DNA from: Firmicutes bacterium UBA1739
GTDB lineage: Bacteria > Bacillota > Clostridia > Peptostreptococcales > Anaerovoracaceae
Length of the DNA: 24,000 nucleotides
Assembly (NCBI GenBank): GCA_002315385.1
Contig: DCHZ01000025.1
Span: 23,287 to 47,286, forward strand
Reading direction: 5' to 3'
Shown: piece by piece, positions 16,538-24,000 of the stretch
Numbering within the stretch: the first letter of the stretch is position 1
How the letters are laid out: every line of letters starts with the position of its first letter
Program-made: the position numbers and the translations under genes
The notes under the pieces: model-generated
What the model saw: the letters and a program-made list of their open reading frames with translations, nothing else
Told to the model about the DNA's origin: nothing
The model's database searches: none

Positions 16538-17344
16538 ATGGAAGTAATTCTGATAAAAGGCGCGGGCGATATTGCCAGTGGCATTGCATACAGGTTGAAA
16601 AAGTGCGGATACAGGATAATTATGACTGAAACGGCTGTGCCGACGACGGTAAGGAGAACTGTGGCTTTTTCCGGAGCTGTTTATGAAGGCAGCTGCAGTG
16701 TTGAAGGTATACGGGCTGAATTGTGTAAGAATATTGAGGAAATAGAAAACTGCATCGAAAGAGATGTGATTCCCGTAATTGTTGATGAAAAAGCGGAAAT
16801 TATCGGCGAAGTCAGTCCTGATGTGGTGGTAGATGCAATACTGGCGAAAAAAAACCTGGGAACGGACAGAAGCCTGGCACCGTTTGTGATAGGTGTAGGA
16901 CCCGGGTTTACCGCCGGAGTAGACTGTGACTGCGTAATAGAGACAAAAAGAGGGCATTATTTAGGTAGAGTAATAGAAAAAGGGAGTGCGATACCGAACA
17001 CCGGCGTACCGGGCGAGATTGGAGGATACAGCATAGAGAGGATAATACGGGCTGAGGCAGAAGGAGTTTTTGTTCCCCGGAAATCCATCGGTGATGAAGT
17101 GCGGGAAGGCGATGTAGTGGCAGAATCCGGCGGAAAGAAAATCCGTGCACGAATGCCGGGTCTGATAAGAGGAATGCTTCAGGAGGGAGTAATAGTTACT
17201 CCGGGAATGAAGTGCGGAGATATTGATGCAAGATGTGAATATGAGTACTGTTTTGAAATATCCGATAAGGCTCTTGCGGTTGCCGGAGGTGTTCTGGAGG
17301 CAGTGGTGAGCCGCAGAAGCGGAAGATTTGAGAGAAATGATTGA
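16538..17344 (+). CDS. yqeB: YqeB/EF2563-family selenium-dependent molybdenum hydroxylase system protein
   Basis: 268 aa. N-terminus ILIKGAGDIASGIAYRLKKCGYRIIMTE..VPTTVRRTVAFSGAVYEG fits the family recalled from E. coli YqeB (C-terminal part) and E. faecalis EF2563. GGGAGG RBS. Confidence 0.75.
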   Translation: MEVILIKGAGDIASGIAYRLKKCGYRIIMTETAVPTTVRRTVAFSGAVYEGSCSVEGIRAELCKNIEEIENCIERDVIPVIVDEKAEIIGEVSPDVVVDAILAKKNLGTDRSLAPFVIGVGPGFTAGVDCDCVIETKRGHYLGRVIEKGSAIPNTGVPGEIGGYSIERIIRAEAEGVFVPRKSIGDEVREGDVVAESGGKKIRARMPGLIRGMLQEGVIVTPGMKCGDIDARCEYEYCFEISDKALAVAGGVLEAVVSRRSGRFERND

Positions 17345-17363
17345 GATACCGGGAGGAATTGTG

Positions 17364-18401
17364 ATGCAGAAGGTTTTTGAAAAAGGAAAAGAATTACTGG
17401 AACAGGGCAAAAGCTTTGTATACGCGGCAATAATATCCAAAAAAGGATCTGCGCCTTCCGATGTTGGGGCCCGAATGATAGTAACGCCATGTGAAGTGAC
17501 GGGAACGATAGGAGGCGGCGGTGTTGAGGCTGATGTAATAGAATATGCAAGAAAACAAACCTTAACAGATAAGAAGGCCGCAATAAGATATTATAATCTT
17601 AATTCAGATGAAGCTGCGGTTTCGGAGTTCATCTGCGGAGGAGAAACCGAGGTTATGCTGCTGTATATTGATGCCGGGGATAAAGATAATCATGAAATAT
17701 TTGCACGGGCCGTGGATGCGGTGGAGCATCAGAAAAAAGCATGGTTTGTATATGGAATAAATAATGAAAACGGCAAATCTCATATTTCTGTTGTATTAAA
17801 TGTAGATAATGAAGGAATATTCGGAAGATTTGAAGAAGGTTCAAATGTCAAACGGGAAATGCTGGCAAATCCTGTGAGAATCGCAATACAGGAGGAGGCG
17901 GATAGAGAAAAAGGCAGAAGATATGTTGTAGACAGCCTGGAGAATCCCGGCAGGATGTATCTTTTCGGCGGAGGACATGTTTCTCTGGAAGTCGCAAAGC
18001 TGGCGGTCGGACTGGATTATAAAGTCACTGTTATTGATGACAGACAGGAGTATTCTAATACAGGGAGGTTTCCGGGCTGCGAATGTCTTACCGTTGGCAG
18101 CTTTGATGAAATACCTGATCTGGAGATTAATTCCAATACATATATTTTAATTATTACCAGAGGGCATGCGGGAGATAAGGCCGCTCTGAAATGGGCTGTT
18201 GACAGAAAAGCGAAATATTTAGGAATGATAGGCAGCAAGTCCAAGAGAGACCGGATTTATGATATGCTGGTCAGTGAAGGCATTGACAGAGAACGGCTTA
18301 ACGCAGTTCATTGTCCCATCGGCCTGCCCATCGGAGCAAAAACGCCTCAGGAGATTGCCGTGAGCATTATGGCAGAGCTGATATCAGAAAGAAGAAAATA
18401 A
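17364..18401 (+). CDS. xdhC: XdhC/CoxI-family molybdenum hydroxylase maturation protein
   Basis: N-terminal XdhC_CoxI pattern (AAIISKKGSAPSDVGARMIV...GTIGGGGVE) and C-terminal Rossmann pattern (LFGGGHVSLEVAKLAVGLDYKVTVIDDR...YLGMIGSKSK). Start set at the ATG at 17364 after GGGAGGA. Confidence 0.85.
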   Translation: MQKVFEKGKELLEQGKSFVYAAIISKKGSAPSDVGARMIVTPCEVTGTIGGGGVEADVIEYARKQTLTDKKAAIRYYNLNSDEAAVSEFICGGETEVMLLYIDAGDKDNHEIFARAVDAVEHQKKAWFVYGINNENGKSHISVVLNVDNEGIFGRFEEGSNVKREMLANPVRIAIQEEADREKGRRYVVDSLENPGRMYLFGGGHVSLEVAKLAVGLDYKVTVIDDRQEYSNTGRFPGCECLTVGSFDEIPDLEINSNTYILIITRGHAGDKAALKWAVDRKAKYLGMIGSKSKRDRIYDMLVSEGIDRERLNAVHCPIGLPIGAKTPQEIAVSIMAELISERRK

Positions 18402-18557
18402 ACGGAGGATGTTTTCGATTCATAAGGATTCGGTTTTGAAGTCCGGAAAAAATATGATAGAATACAGAAAATGCTATTGCGAAAAAGATGAGAATAAAGG
18501 AATAAAGAAAAAACAGGAAAAACAGTAGAAATCAGAAAAAAGCAGGAGAAGCAGTGT

Positions 18558-19139
18558 ATGAATAATATTTTTGAATCATTAATTGAAATGACCGGCAGAG
18601 CAAAGGGTCTGGTGGAGTTTGCCGACGGAACCGTAGTTATCTGTGACTGGAGCCCTTTGGACGGAAGCCCCAGACTTGCGGTGGGAAGTATGTCAGGTTC
18701 GACAGATCCGGTTGAAGTTGAATCCGAAATCAGAGTAAAGTGCTGGAAGACCTTTGCGGAGGATGCGTCTTCTCTGATTAACTGTCTGGGAATAGATGTG
18801 GAAAGTGAAGAAGACTGCGGAGCTCGTATTTTCAATCTGACAGATGATATTTCGATAATAGTTCCGGACAACTGGGAGGAAAATAAAAAAACAATACCTG
18901 TTGCGGAAACTGAAAAGAAGGACGGAATGTTCTGTACCTGTAAAGATACAGCATGCCGCTTTCATCCTGTAAACCATGACAGGGGATGTACGCCCTGTAT
19001 TGAGAATAATCTCGGGAAGGGGGAAATCCCCGGATGTTTTATAAACAAAGCAGGCCTTCCGGGAAAAACGGAAGGATACTCAATAAAAGATTTTGCGGAG
19101 ACTTTGATGTTTTTGAATAAATCTACTGTGGAAATATGA
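18558..19139 (+). CDS. hypothetical two-domain protein: unknown N-terminal domain fused to a Cys/His-rich (DUF6485-like) C-terminal domain
   Basis: 193 aa with an AGGAGA RBS. The C-terminal segment CTCKDTACRFHPVNHDRGCTPCIENNLGKGEIPGCF carries 6 Cys and 2 His. The N-terminal ~120 aa match nothing I recognise. Confidence 0.6.
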   Translation: MNNIFESLIEMTGRAKGLVEFADGTVVICDWSPLDGSPRLAVGSMSGSTDPVEVESEIRVKCWKTFAEDASSLINCLGIDVESEEDCGARIFNLTDDISIIVPDNWEENKKTIPVAETEKKDGMFCTCKDTACRFHPVNHDRGCTPCIENNLGKGEIPGCFINKAGLPGKTEGYSIKDFAETLMFLNKSTVEI

Positions 19140-19221
19140 AATCCGCTGTGATATTATTAGATAAATATGAATTATTTCAATACAAATACAAAATATGATT
19201 CGGTAATGAAGGAGAACCAAA

Positions 19222-19977
19222 ATGAAAAAAATAGTGATTACAGGCGGACCTACCAATGAAGCCATTGATGAAGTAATGAAAATAACCAATATGTCAACGG
19301 GAAGTCTCTCTACCACTCTGTCGGAGCTGTTTCTGAATGCGGGATACAGGGTTACGCTTATTCTGAATAATGTAGTTAACAGCGAAAAGCTTGAAATGAA
19401 TAAAAACGCGGGAAATCTGAAGCTTGTATGGATAGAGAATACACAGGATATGCTTGATGCACTGGAGCGGGAAAGCAGGGAAGGCCAATGCGACTTTATC
19501 ATTCACGCATCTGCTGTAGGTGATTATAAAGCAGACTATACCTTCCTTATGGAGGATTTGGTTTCATATGTATGGAGTCAGATTGAAAAAGGCTGTGTTA
19601 ATTCAGAAGCCGATCTTCTTGAAATAATGCTGAAAAAGGAAAACTATCAGATTGACAACAGCTCAAAAATAAGCAGCTACCAGAAGAATCTTACGGTTAA
19701 ACTTGGCTTGACCCCTAAAATCATATCAAATCTGAGAAAATGGTATCCGGACAGTGTGTTAATAGGATGCAAGCTTCTTGAGAATGTAAGTAAAGAAGAG
19801 CTATACGGTGTAGCAACAAAGCTTTGCAATAAGAATCAGATGGACTACATTTTCGCAAATGATCTGGCAGATCTCAGAAACGGAATGCCGGCCAGATACC
19901 TCGTGAGCCGGGAAGGATATACGGGTACGATGCTGGATACTCCGAAAGACATTTTTGAGTTTGTAAACGGACTGTAG
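19222..19977 (+). CDS. coaB: phosphopantothenate--cysteine ligase (stand-alone CoaB)
   Basis: 251 aa. VITGGPTNEAIDEVMKITNMSTGSL, ASAVGDYK and a C-terminal ...DYIFANDL... follow the DFP/CoaB domain pattern. AAGGAG RBS. Confidence 0.8.
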   Translation: MKKIVITGGPTNEAIDEVMKITNMSTGSLSTTLSELFLNAGYRVTLILNNVVNSEKLEMNKNAGNLKLVWIENTQDMLDALERESREGQCDFIIHASAVGDYKADYTFLMEDLVSYVWSQIEKGCVNSEADLLEIMLKKENYQIDNSSKISSYQKNLTVKLGLTPKIISNLRKWYPDSVLIGCKLLENVSKEELYGVATKLCNKNQMDYIFANDLADLRNGMPARYLVSREGYTGTMLDTPKDIFEFVNGL

Positions 19978-20127
19978 GAAATGTGAAACCGGCAGCAGAG
20001 CCGAATCCGGAGCGGTAATGTTTCCCGGGCAGCGGCGTCTGTATATGATATGGTACAGTATATGAACACAGCGTTTTGAAAAACTGTGAACAGCAACAAT
20101 GAATGAGTGCTAAACAGAAATTATAAG

Positions 20128-20157
20128 TTGAATTGTTTTTACATTTCATGATATAAT
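20128..20157 (+). promoter_or_regulatory. sigma-A-type promoter candidate
   Basis: TTGAAT (20128-20133), 18-nt spacer, TATAAT (20152-20157). The AGGAGG RBS and the ATG at 20180 lie downstream. Confidence 0.5.
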
Positions 20158-20179
20158 GAAAAAAAAAGGAGGAAATTTT

Positions 20180-20989
20180 ATGAAAAAGATTATAGCGGTA
20201 TCATTAACAATAGCATTATGCTTATCGCTTTGCGCCTGCGGAAAGAGTGCAAAAGCCGAAAGTGGAGATCAGTTCGTAAAAAGCGGCACACTTACAAAAG
20301 CCAATGTTTCACAGGAAGAATTGTCTCAGATGATGAACGCATTAGATGATGTAGAACGTCAGATGGTTTATTTCGATAACCTTTCATCGATGGTGCTTGC
20401 ACTTAAATCTGATAATATTGATGAATTCTGGAGCACAACACCTGTCGGAAAGTATGTTGTTGAAAATAATGAAGATTTCACAATGGCAGAAATTGACTCC
20501 GGAGTGAAATATTCTATGTGTATGATGGAAGAGAATCAGGTGGTTTGCGATTTGATTAGTGAGGCAATCAAATCAATGAAAGAGGACGGAACTCTGCAGA
20601 AGCTTCAGGCAGATCTTATTGACGGAGAAAACATCAATCTTGAAACAGCTGATTATACACTTCCTGCATTTGACAGCGAAGTTGTTATTAAAGTTGGAAT
20701 CACAGGAGATTTACCACCGATGGACTACACTCTGGCTGACGGTACACCAAGAGGCTTCAACGTTGCTTTCCTTGCAGAATTATCAAACAGAATGGGCATG
20801 AATGTTGAGATAGTAAATATTGATTCGAGTTCAAGAACAGTTGCATTAACCAGTGGAAAAGTAGATGCACTTTTCTGGGTTTCCGTAAGTGATTTAGACG
20901 GAGACGGAATTTTCTCAGACGTTCCAAAGGGCACAGTATTAAGCGAACCGTATTTCGAAACCAAACACTGCACAGTAACAAAAAAATAA
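20180..20989 (+). CDS. lipoprotein with family-3 solute-binding-protein sequence in permuted order
   Basis: Lipobox LSLCAC. Residues ~180-277 (IKVGITGDLPPMDY..G.PRGFNVAF...SGKVDALFW...SEPYF) look like the N-terminal half of SBP_bac_3. Residues ~40-165 (FVKSGT...ALKSDNID.F...YSMCMMEEN...AIKSMKEDGTLQKLQ) look like the C-terminal half. The track start at 20156 lies inside the -10 box. Confidence 0.65.
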   Translation: MKKIIAVSLTIALCLSLCACGKSAKAESGDQFVKSGTLTKANVSQEELSQMMNALDDVERQMVYFDNLSSMVLALKSDNIDEFWSTTPVGKYVVENNEDFTMAEIDSGVKYSMCMMEENQVVCDLISEAIKSMKEDGTLQKLQADLIDGENINLETADYTLPAFDSEVVIKVGITGDLPPMDYTLADGTPRGFNVAFLAELSNRMGMNVEIVNIDSSSRTVALTSGKVDALFWVSVSDLDGDGIFSDVPKGTVLSEPYFETKHCTVTKK

Positions 20990-21042
20990 ACTGATTTATT
21001 TGATGCTTGATAAGAATAAGCGGATGCAATAACACAAAACAT

Positions 21043-21095
21043 AAAAGGCGGTTTTAATGCAGTCTATGACGTATTGAAGCCGTCTTTTTTCTTTA
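21043..21095 (+). terminator. rho-independent terminator
   Basis: AAAAGGCGGTTTTAAT (21043-21058) / ATTGAAGCCGTCTTTT (21073-21088), 16-bp stem with 3 G-U pairs, followed by TTCTTTATT. Confidence 0.65.
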
Positions 21096-21212
21096 TTATT
21101 TATTGCATTTACGGAACAGAGAATTATAATAAAAGCAGGGGAAGCGGTTAGAATTAACCGGACAGGTTTTTTGAAATTCAGTGAAACAAAATCAGAAAAC
21201 GGAGGTAATGTA

Positions 21213-21986
21213 ATGAAGAATTATTTCGATTTAACAGGACAGGTGGCTGTTGTTACGGGTGCTTCGACAGGTCTTGGGGTGCAGATGGCGAAGGCATTTG
21301 CGAATCAGGGCTGCAACATCGTATGCCTTGCAAGAAGAAAAGAACTGGTCGAAGAAAATGCGAAGAATATCGGGAAAGAATATGGAGTGAAAGCCATAGG
21401 AGTAGTATGCGACATTACGGAAACAGACAGCGTTGAAAAAGCAGTTGATTTAATTCTGGAGAAAATGGGGCGAATAGATATTCTGGTTAATAATGCAGGA
21501 ACAGGGGCTGTTGCACCTGCGGAACAGATAACGGATGAACAGTTCGGAAATGAACTCAATATCGATCTGTTCGGAACATTTAAGGTTGCAAGAGCCGTAG
21601 CAGCTAAAGCAATGATTCCGGCAGGATACGGAAGAATTATCAACATTTCATCCATGTATGGCATGGTAGGAAATAAGATTGCACCATGTGCTCCTTATCA
21701 TGCTGCAAAAGGCGGAGTAGTAAACCTTACACGCGCTCTGGCCGGTGAATGGGGAGAAAAGGGCATCACTGTAAATACAATCGCACCGGGTTATTTTGAA
21801 ACACCGCTCACAAAAGAAACACTGGACACACCTTTCTTCCAGGAATATGCAAAAACTATGATCCCGATGTCACGCTACGGAAAAGAAGGGGAGCTTGACA
21901 CTGCGGCGATCTTCCTGGCATCGCCTTTCTCTTCGTATGTTAACGGAATAGTATGTCCTGTGGACGGCGGCTATACATGTATGTAG
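21213..21986 (+). CDS. short-chain dehydrogenase/reductase (gluconate-5-dehydrogenase / 3-oxoacyl-ACP-reductase-like)
   Basis: TGASTGLG cofactor motif, NNAG, and the catalytic Y..AK (YHAAKGG). Start at the ATG at 21213 after GGAGGT. Confidence 0.85.
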   Translation: MKNYFDLTGQVAVVTGASTGLGVQMAKAFANQGCNIVCLARRKELVEENAKNIGKEYGVKAIGVVCDITETDSVEKAVDLILEKMGRIDILVNNAGTGAVAPAEQITDEQFGNELNIDLFGTFKVARAVAAKAMIPAGYGRIINISSMYGMVGNKIAPCAPYHAAKGGVVNLTRALAGEWGEKGITVNTIAPGYFETPLTKETLDTPFFQEYAKTMIPMSRYGKEGELDTAAIFLASPFSSYVNGIVCPVDGGYTCM

Positions 21987-22059
21987 TATAATTCAGACAC
22001 AGGGACAGAATAATTAGACGGGAAATAAATTGAAATCAATCAGATAATGGAGTGAGAAA

Positions 22060-22950
22060 ATGGAAAAACTTATTACTGTAACCGGAACAAATGCTTCGGG
22101 AAAAAGCGGTCTCGGAATAGAACTTGCAATAAAATACAACGGAGAAATTGTTTCGGCCGACTCAAGGCAGGTTTACAAGGGACTTGATCTGGGCTCGGGA
22201 AAAGTAACCAAAGCTGAAATGAAAGGTGTAGTGCACCATCTGATAGATGTGGCCGAACCAAATGATGTTTTTTCACTCCTTGACTTTCAACAGAAGGCAT
22301 ATTCGGCAATAGACGGAATCCATGAACGAAATAAACTCCCTTTTCTGGTAGGGGGGACAGGTCTGTACGTTAACTCCGTTGTTGACGGTTACGATATACG
22401 CAAAGAAAATCTTGATCCGGGTCTCAGAAAAGAAATAGCGGCAAAAAGTATTTTCGAGCTTACGGAAATTCTCAAAGAAAAAAATCCGAAAATCCTTGAG
22501 ACCATAGATTTGAAGAATAAGCGGCGTCTTGAAAGAGCTGTCGAAAGAGCTGTATCGGGAAATACGGAAACCAGAGAGAATAAACCGGAATATAAGACTC
22601 TTGTTCTCGGTGTAACCTGGCCCCGTGAAATTCTGTATGAAAGAATTCGCGAGAGACTGGACAGGAGACTGGAACAGGGTATGATCGAAGAAGTAGAAAG
22701 ACTGAAAGCTGAAGGTGCCACAGACAGCTTTTTATTTGGACTGGGCCTGGAATACAGATACATTAATATGTATCTGAACGGAGAATTCGGCAGCTACGAT
22801 GATTTTTACAATAAACTGTTTATGGAGATACGACATCTTGCCAAGGAACAGATGACATGGTTCCGAAAGCGAAAGGATATTCACTGGATAGATATGGAGC
22901 AGGATCCGCTTGAGGAAGCCTGCGGATATATTGATGATTTTCTGGAATAA
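22060..22950 (+). CDS. miaA: tRNA dimethylallyltransferase
   Basis: P-loop GTNASGKS, ISADSRQVYKGLDLGSGK, HHLIDV and VGGTGLY motifs of MiaA. Confidence 0.9.
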   Translation: MEKLITVTGTNASGKSGLGIELAIKYNGEIVSADSRQVYKGLDLGSGKVTKAEMKGVVHHLIDVAEPNDVFSLLDFQQKAYSAIDGIHERNKLPFLVGGTGLYVNSVVDGYDIRKENLDPGLRKEIAAKSIFELTEILKEKNPKILETIDLKNKRRLERAVERAVSGNTETRENKPEYKTLVLGVTWPREILYERIRERLDRRLEQGMIEEVERLKAEGATDSFLFGLGLEYRYINMYLNGEFGSYDDFYNKLFMEIRHLAKEQMTWFRKRKDIHWIDMEQDPLEEACGYIDDFLE

Positions 22951-22981
22951 TGGCTGAGGGACTGTTGAAGTAAATCCGTTT

Positions 22982-23410
22982 TTATTTCATGTTGATAAAA
23001 AACAGACCACCCAGACACATTGCGATTCCCATGAGCTTTTTCCACGTGATTATCTCGTGATAGAAGAAAAGACCTATGAATATTAATGCAACAGCCACGA
23101 CTGCGGCCTGTACGATTTGTGCGGTACTGACGGGCCAGCCGGCTTTGTACGCATAGATATATCCGACTTCAAGAAAAACTATGACAAGCCCCAGTACGAA
23201 GGGAGCCCAGTTAAGTTTGCCGTACTCTGCAATTAGATCTGCATTTTTATTCAGTATGAAATAGAAAACCAGGGAGATTACTGTACCCACCGCATATGTA
23301 ATTGTCAGACTGGCAAAAGGATTCATATCGGAGGGTACGGATTTTGCACAGATCTGATAGAAAATGTTTGCAAATATTATCATTGCAATCGGCCAAATAT
23401 AATTTATCAT
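22982..23410 (-). CDS. small EamA/DMT-superfamily membrane protein
   Basis: 142 aa from the ATG at 23410 (MINYIWPIAMIIFAN...), hydrophobic throughout with about 4-5 TM helices. The 55 codons upstream in the track ORF look non-coding. Confidence 0.65.
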   Translation of the reverse strand: MINYIWPIAMIIFANIFYQICAKSVPSDMNPFASLTITYAVGTVISLVFYFILNKNADLIAEYGKLNWAPFVLGLVIVFLEVGYIYAYKAGWPVSTAQIVQAAVVAVALIFIGLFFYHEIITWKKLMGIAMCLGGLFFINMK

Positions 23411-23657
23411 AATAAACTGCCTTTCATAAAATTCCGGGAATAATTTCACTTTCTTTTTTTCATTATAACACAATAACATATGCAGTTGAATAAAAATATT
23501 CCCCGGGAAAGTCGTGCATCGCACCGGCGACTCGGGCTTCAAAGGAAAACGCATATTGCGGAATAATAATTCCAAACGGATGATTTTTGTAAAATTTCGA
23601 ATATTGAAACTTTTCTGTTAAAAGTTTAGGATTCTGAAAAAAATAATACAATATGTG

Positions 23658-23686
23658 TTGATAATTAACAAAAATTGTATTAAAAT
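23658..23686 (+). promoter_or_regulatory. sigma-A-type promoter candidate for ilvE
   Basis: TTGATA (23658-23663), 17-nt spacer, TAAAAT (23681-23686). Confidence 0.45.
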
Positions 23687-23768
23687 TATTGCAATAACGT
23701 CTCATAAAACAGTTTTGAGGTTCGATGTGATGTATAAACGAAAAATGGAATTAACAAGGAGGATAATA

Positions 23769-24000
23769 ATGGAAAAGAAGAACATTGACTGGGGAAATCT
23801 CAGCTTTCAATATACAAGGACGGATTACCGATTTGTTGCTCACTATAAAGACGGTAAATGGGATGACGGAGAAATCATTACCGATTCTGATGTGGTATTG
23901 AGTGAATGTGCATGTGTATTTCAGTACGCACAGACCTGCTTCGAAGGATTAAAGGCATATACTACTGAAGACGGAAGAATAGTATGCTTCCGACCTGATC
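23769..24000 (+). CDS. ilvE: branched-chain amino acid aminotransferase, N-terminal part (3' end outside window)
   Basis: AAGGAGG RBS. MEKKNIDWGNLSFQYTRTDYRF...YAQTCFEGLKAYTTEDGRIVCFRPD matches the IlvE (class IV aminotransferase) N-terminus. Confidence 0.85.
   Translation, partial: MEKKNIDWGNLSFQYTRTDYRFVAHYKDGKWDDGEIITDSDVVLSECACVFQYAQTCFEGLKAYTTEDGRIVCFRPD

Noticed and set aside
16517-17583. Three long minus-strand ORFs (146, 159 and 134 aa) antisense to yqeB and xdhC
   Set aside because: Their Ser/Leu/Phe-rich low-complexity translations have no RBS. The plus-strand frames carry clear YqeB and XdhC family motifs.
18347-18871. 174-aa minus-strand ORF overlapping the Cys-rich gene
   Set aside because: It is a Ser-rich antisense shadow of a purine-rich region. 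The plus-strand ORF has an RBS and a recognisable Cys-rich domain.

Overview
This window looks like a low-GC Firmicutes (Clostridia-like) chromosomal segment: AGGAGG-type ribosome-binding sites, a ylmC/ymxH sporulation gene, and compact operons with 4-nt ATGA overlaps. No homology or RNA searches could be run, so every family call rests on motifs read from the translations. Most of the window is housekeeping: alsD 3' end, an ArsC/Spx-like gene coupled to crcB, fabV, two-subunit class I fumarate hydratase, proA, maf, coaB, an SDR, miaA and the ilvE 5' end. No tRNA, rRNA, CRISPR array, transposase or integrase was seen. The standout is a ~8 kb selenium locus (10643-18401) made of two divergent operons. 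On the minus strand: yedE, yedF/tusA-like, DUF3343, selD and an EF2568-type cysteine desulfurase. On the plus strand: yqeC, a LysR regulator, a yqeB-family gene and xdhC. This is the marker set of the orphan-SelD 'labile selenium cofactor for molybdenum hydroxylases' trait, whose biochemistry is still unresolved. No hydroxylase, selA, selB or selU gene is in view. Unexplained sequence features sit inside or next to this locus: a 3x20-nt tandem repeat between DUF3343 and selD, a perfect 10+10 bp palindrome in the yedE leader, and a Cys/His-rich fusion ORF just after xdhC. A ~680-nt non-coding tract downstream of the operon carries a duplicated hairpin module. Other oddities are an Rh-type ammonium transporter remnant, a 59-aa winged-helix ORF missing from the ORF track, a ThiS-like protein without the GG terminus, and an orphan lipoprotein that reads as a circularly permuted family-3 solute-binding protein.
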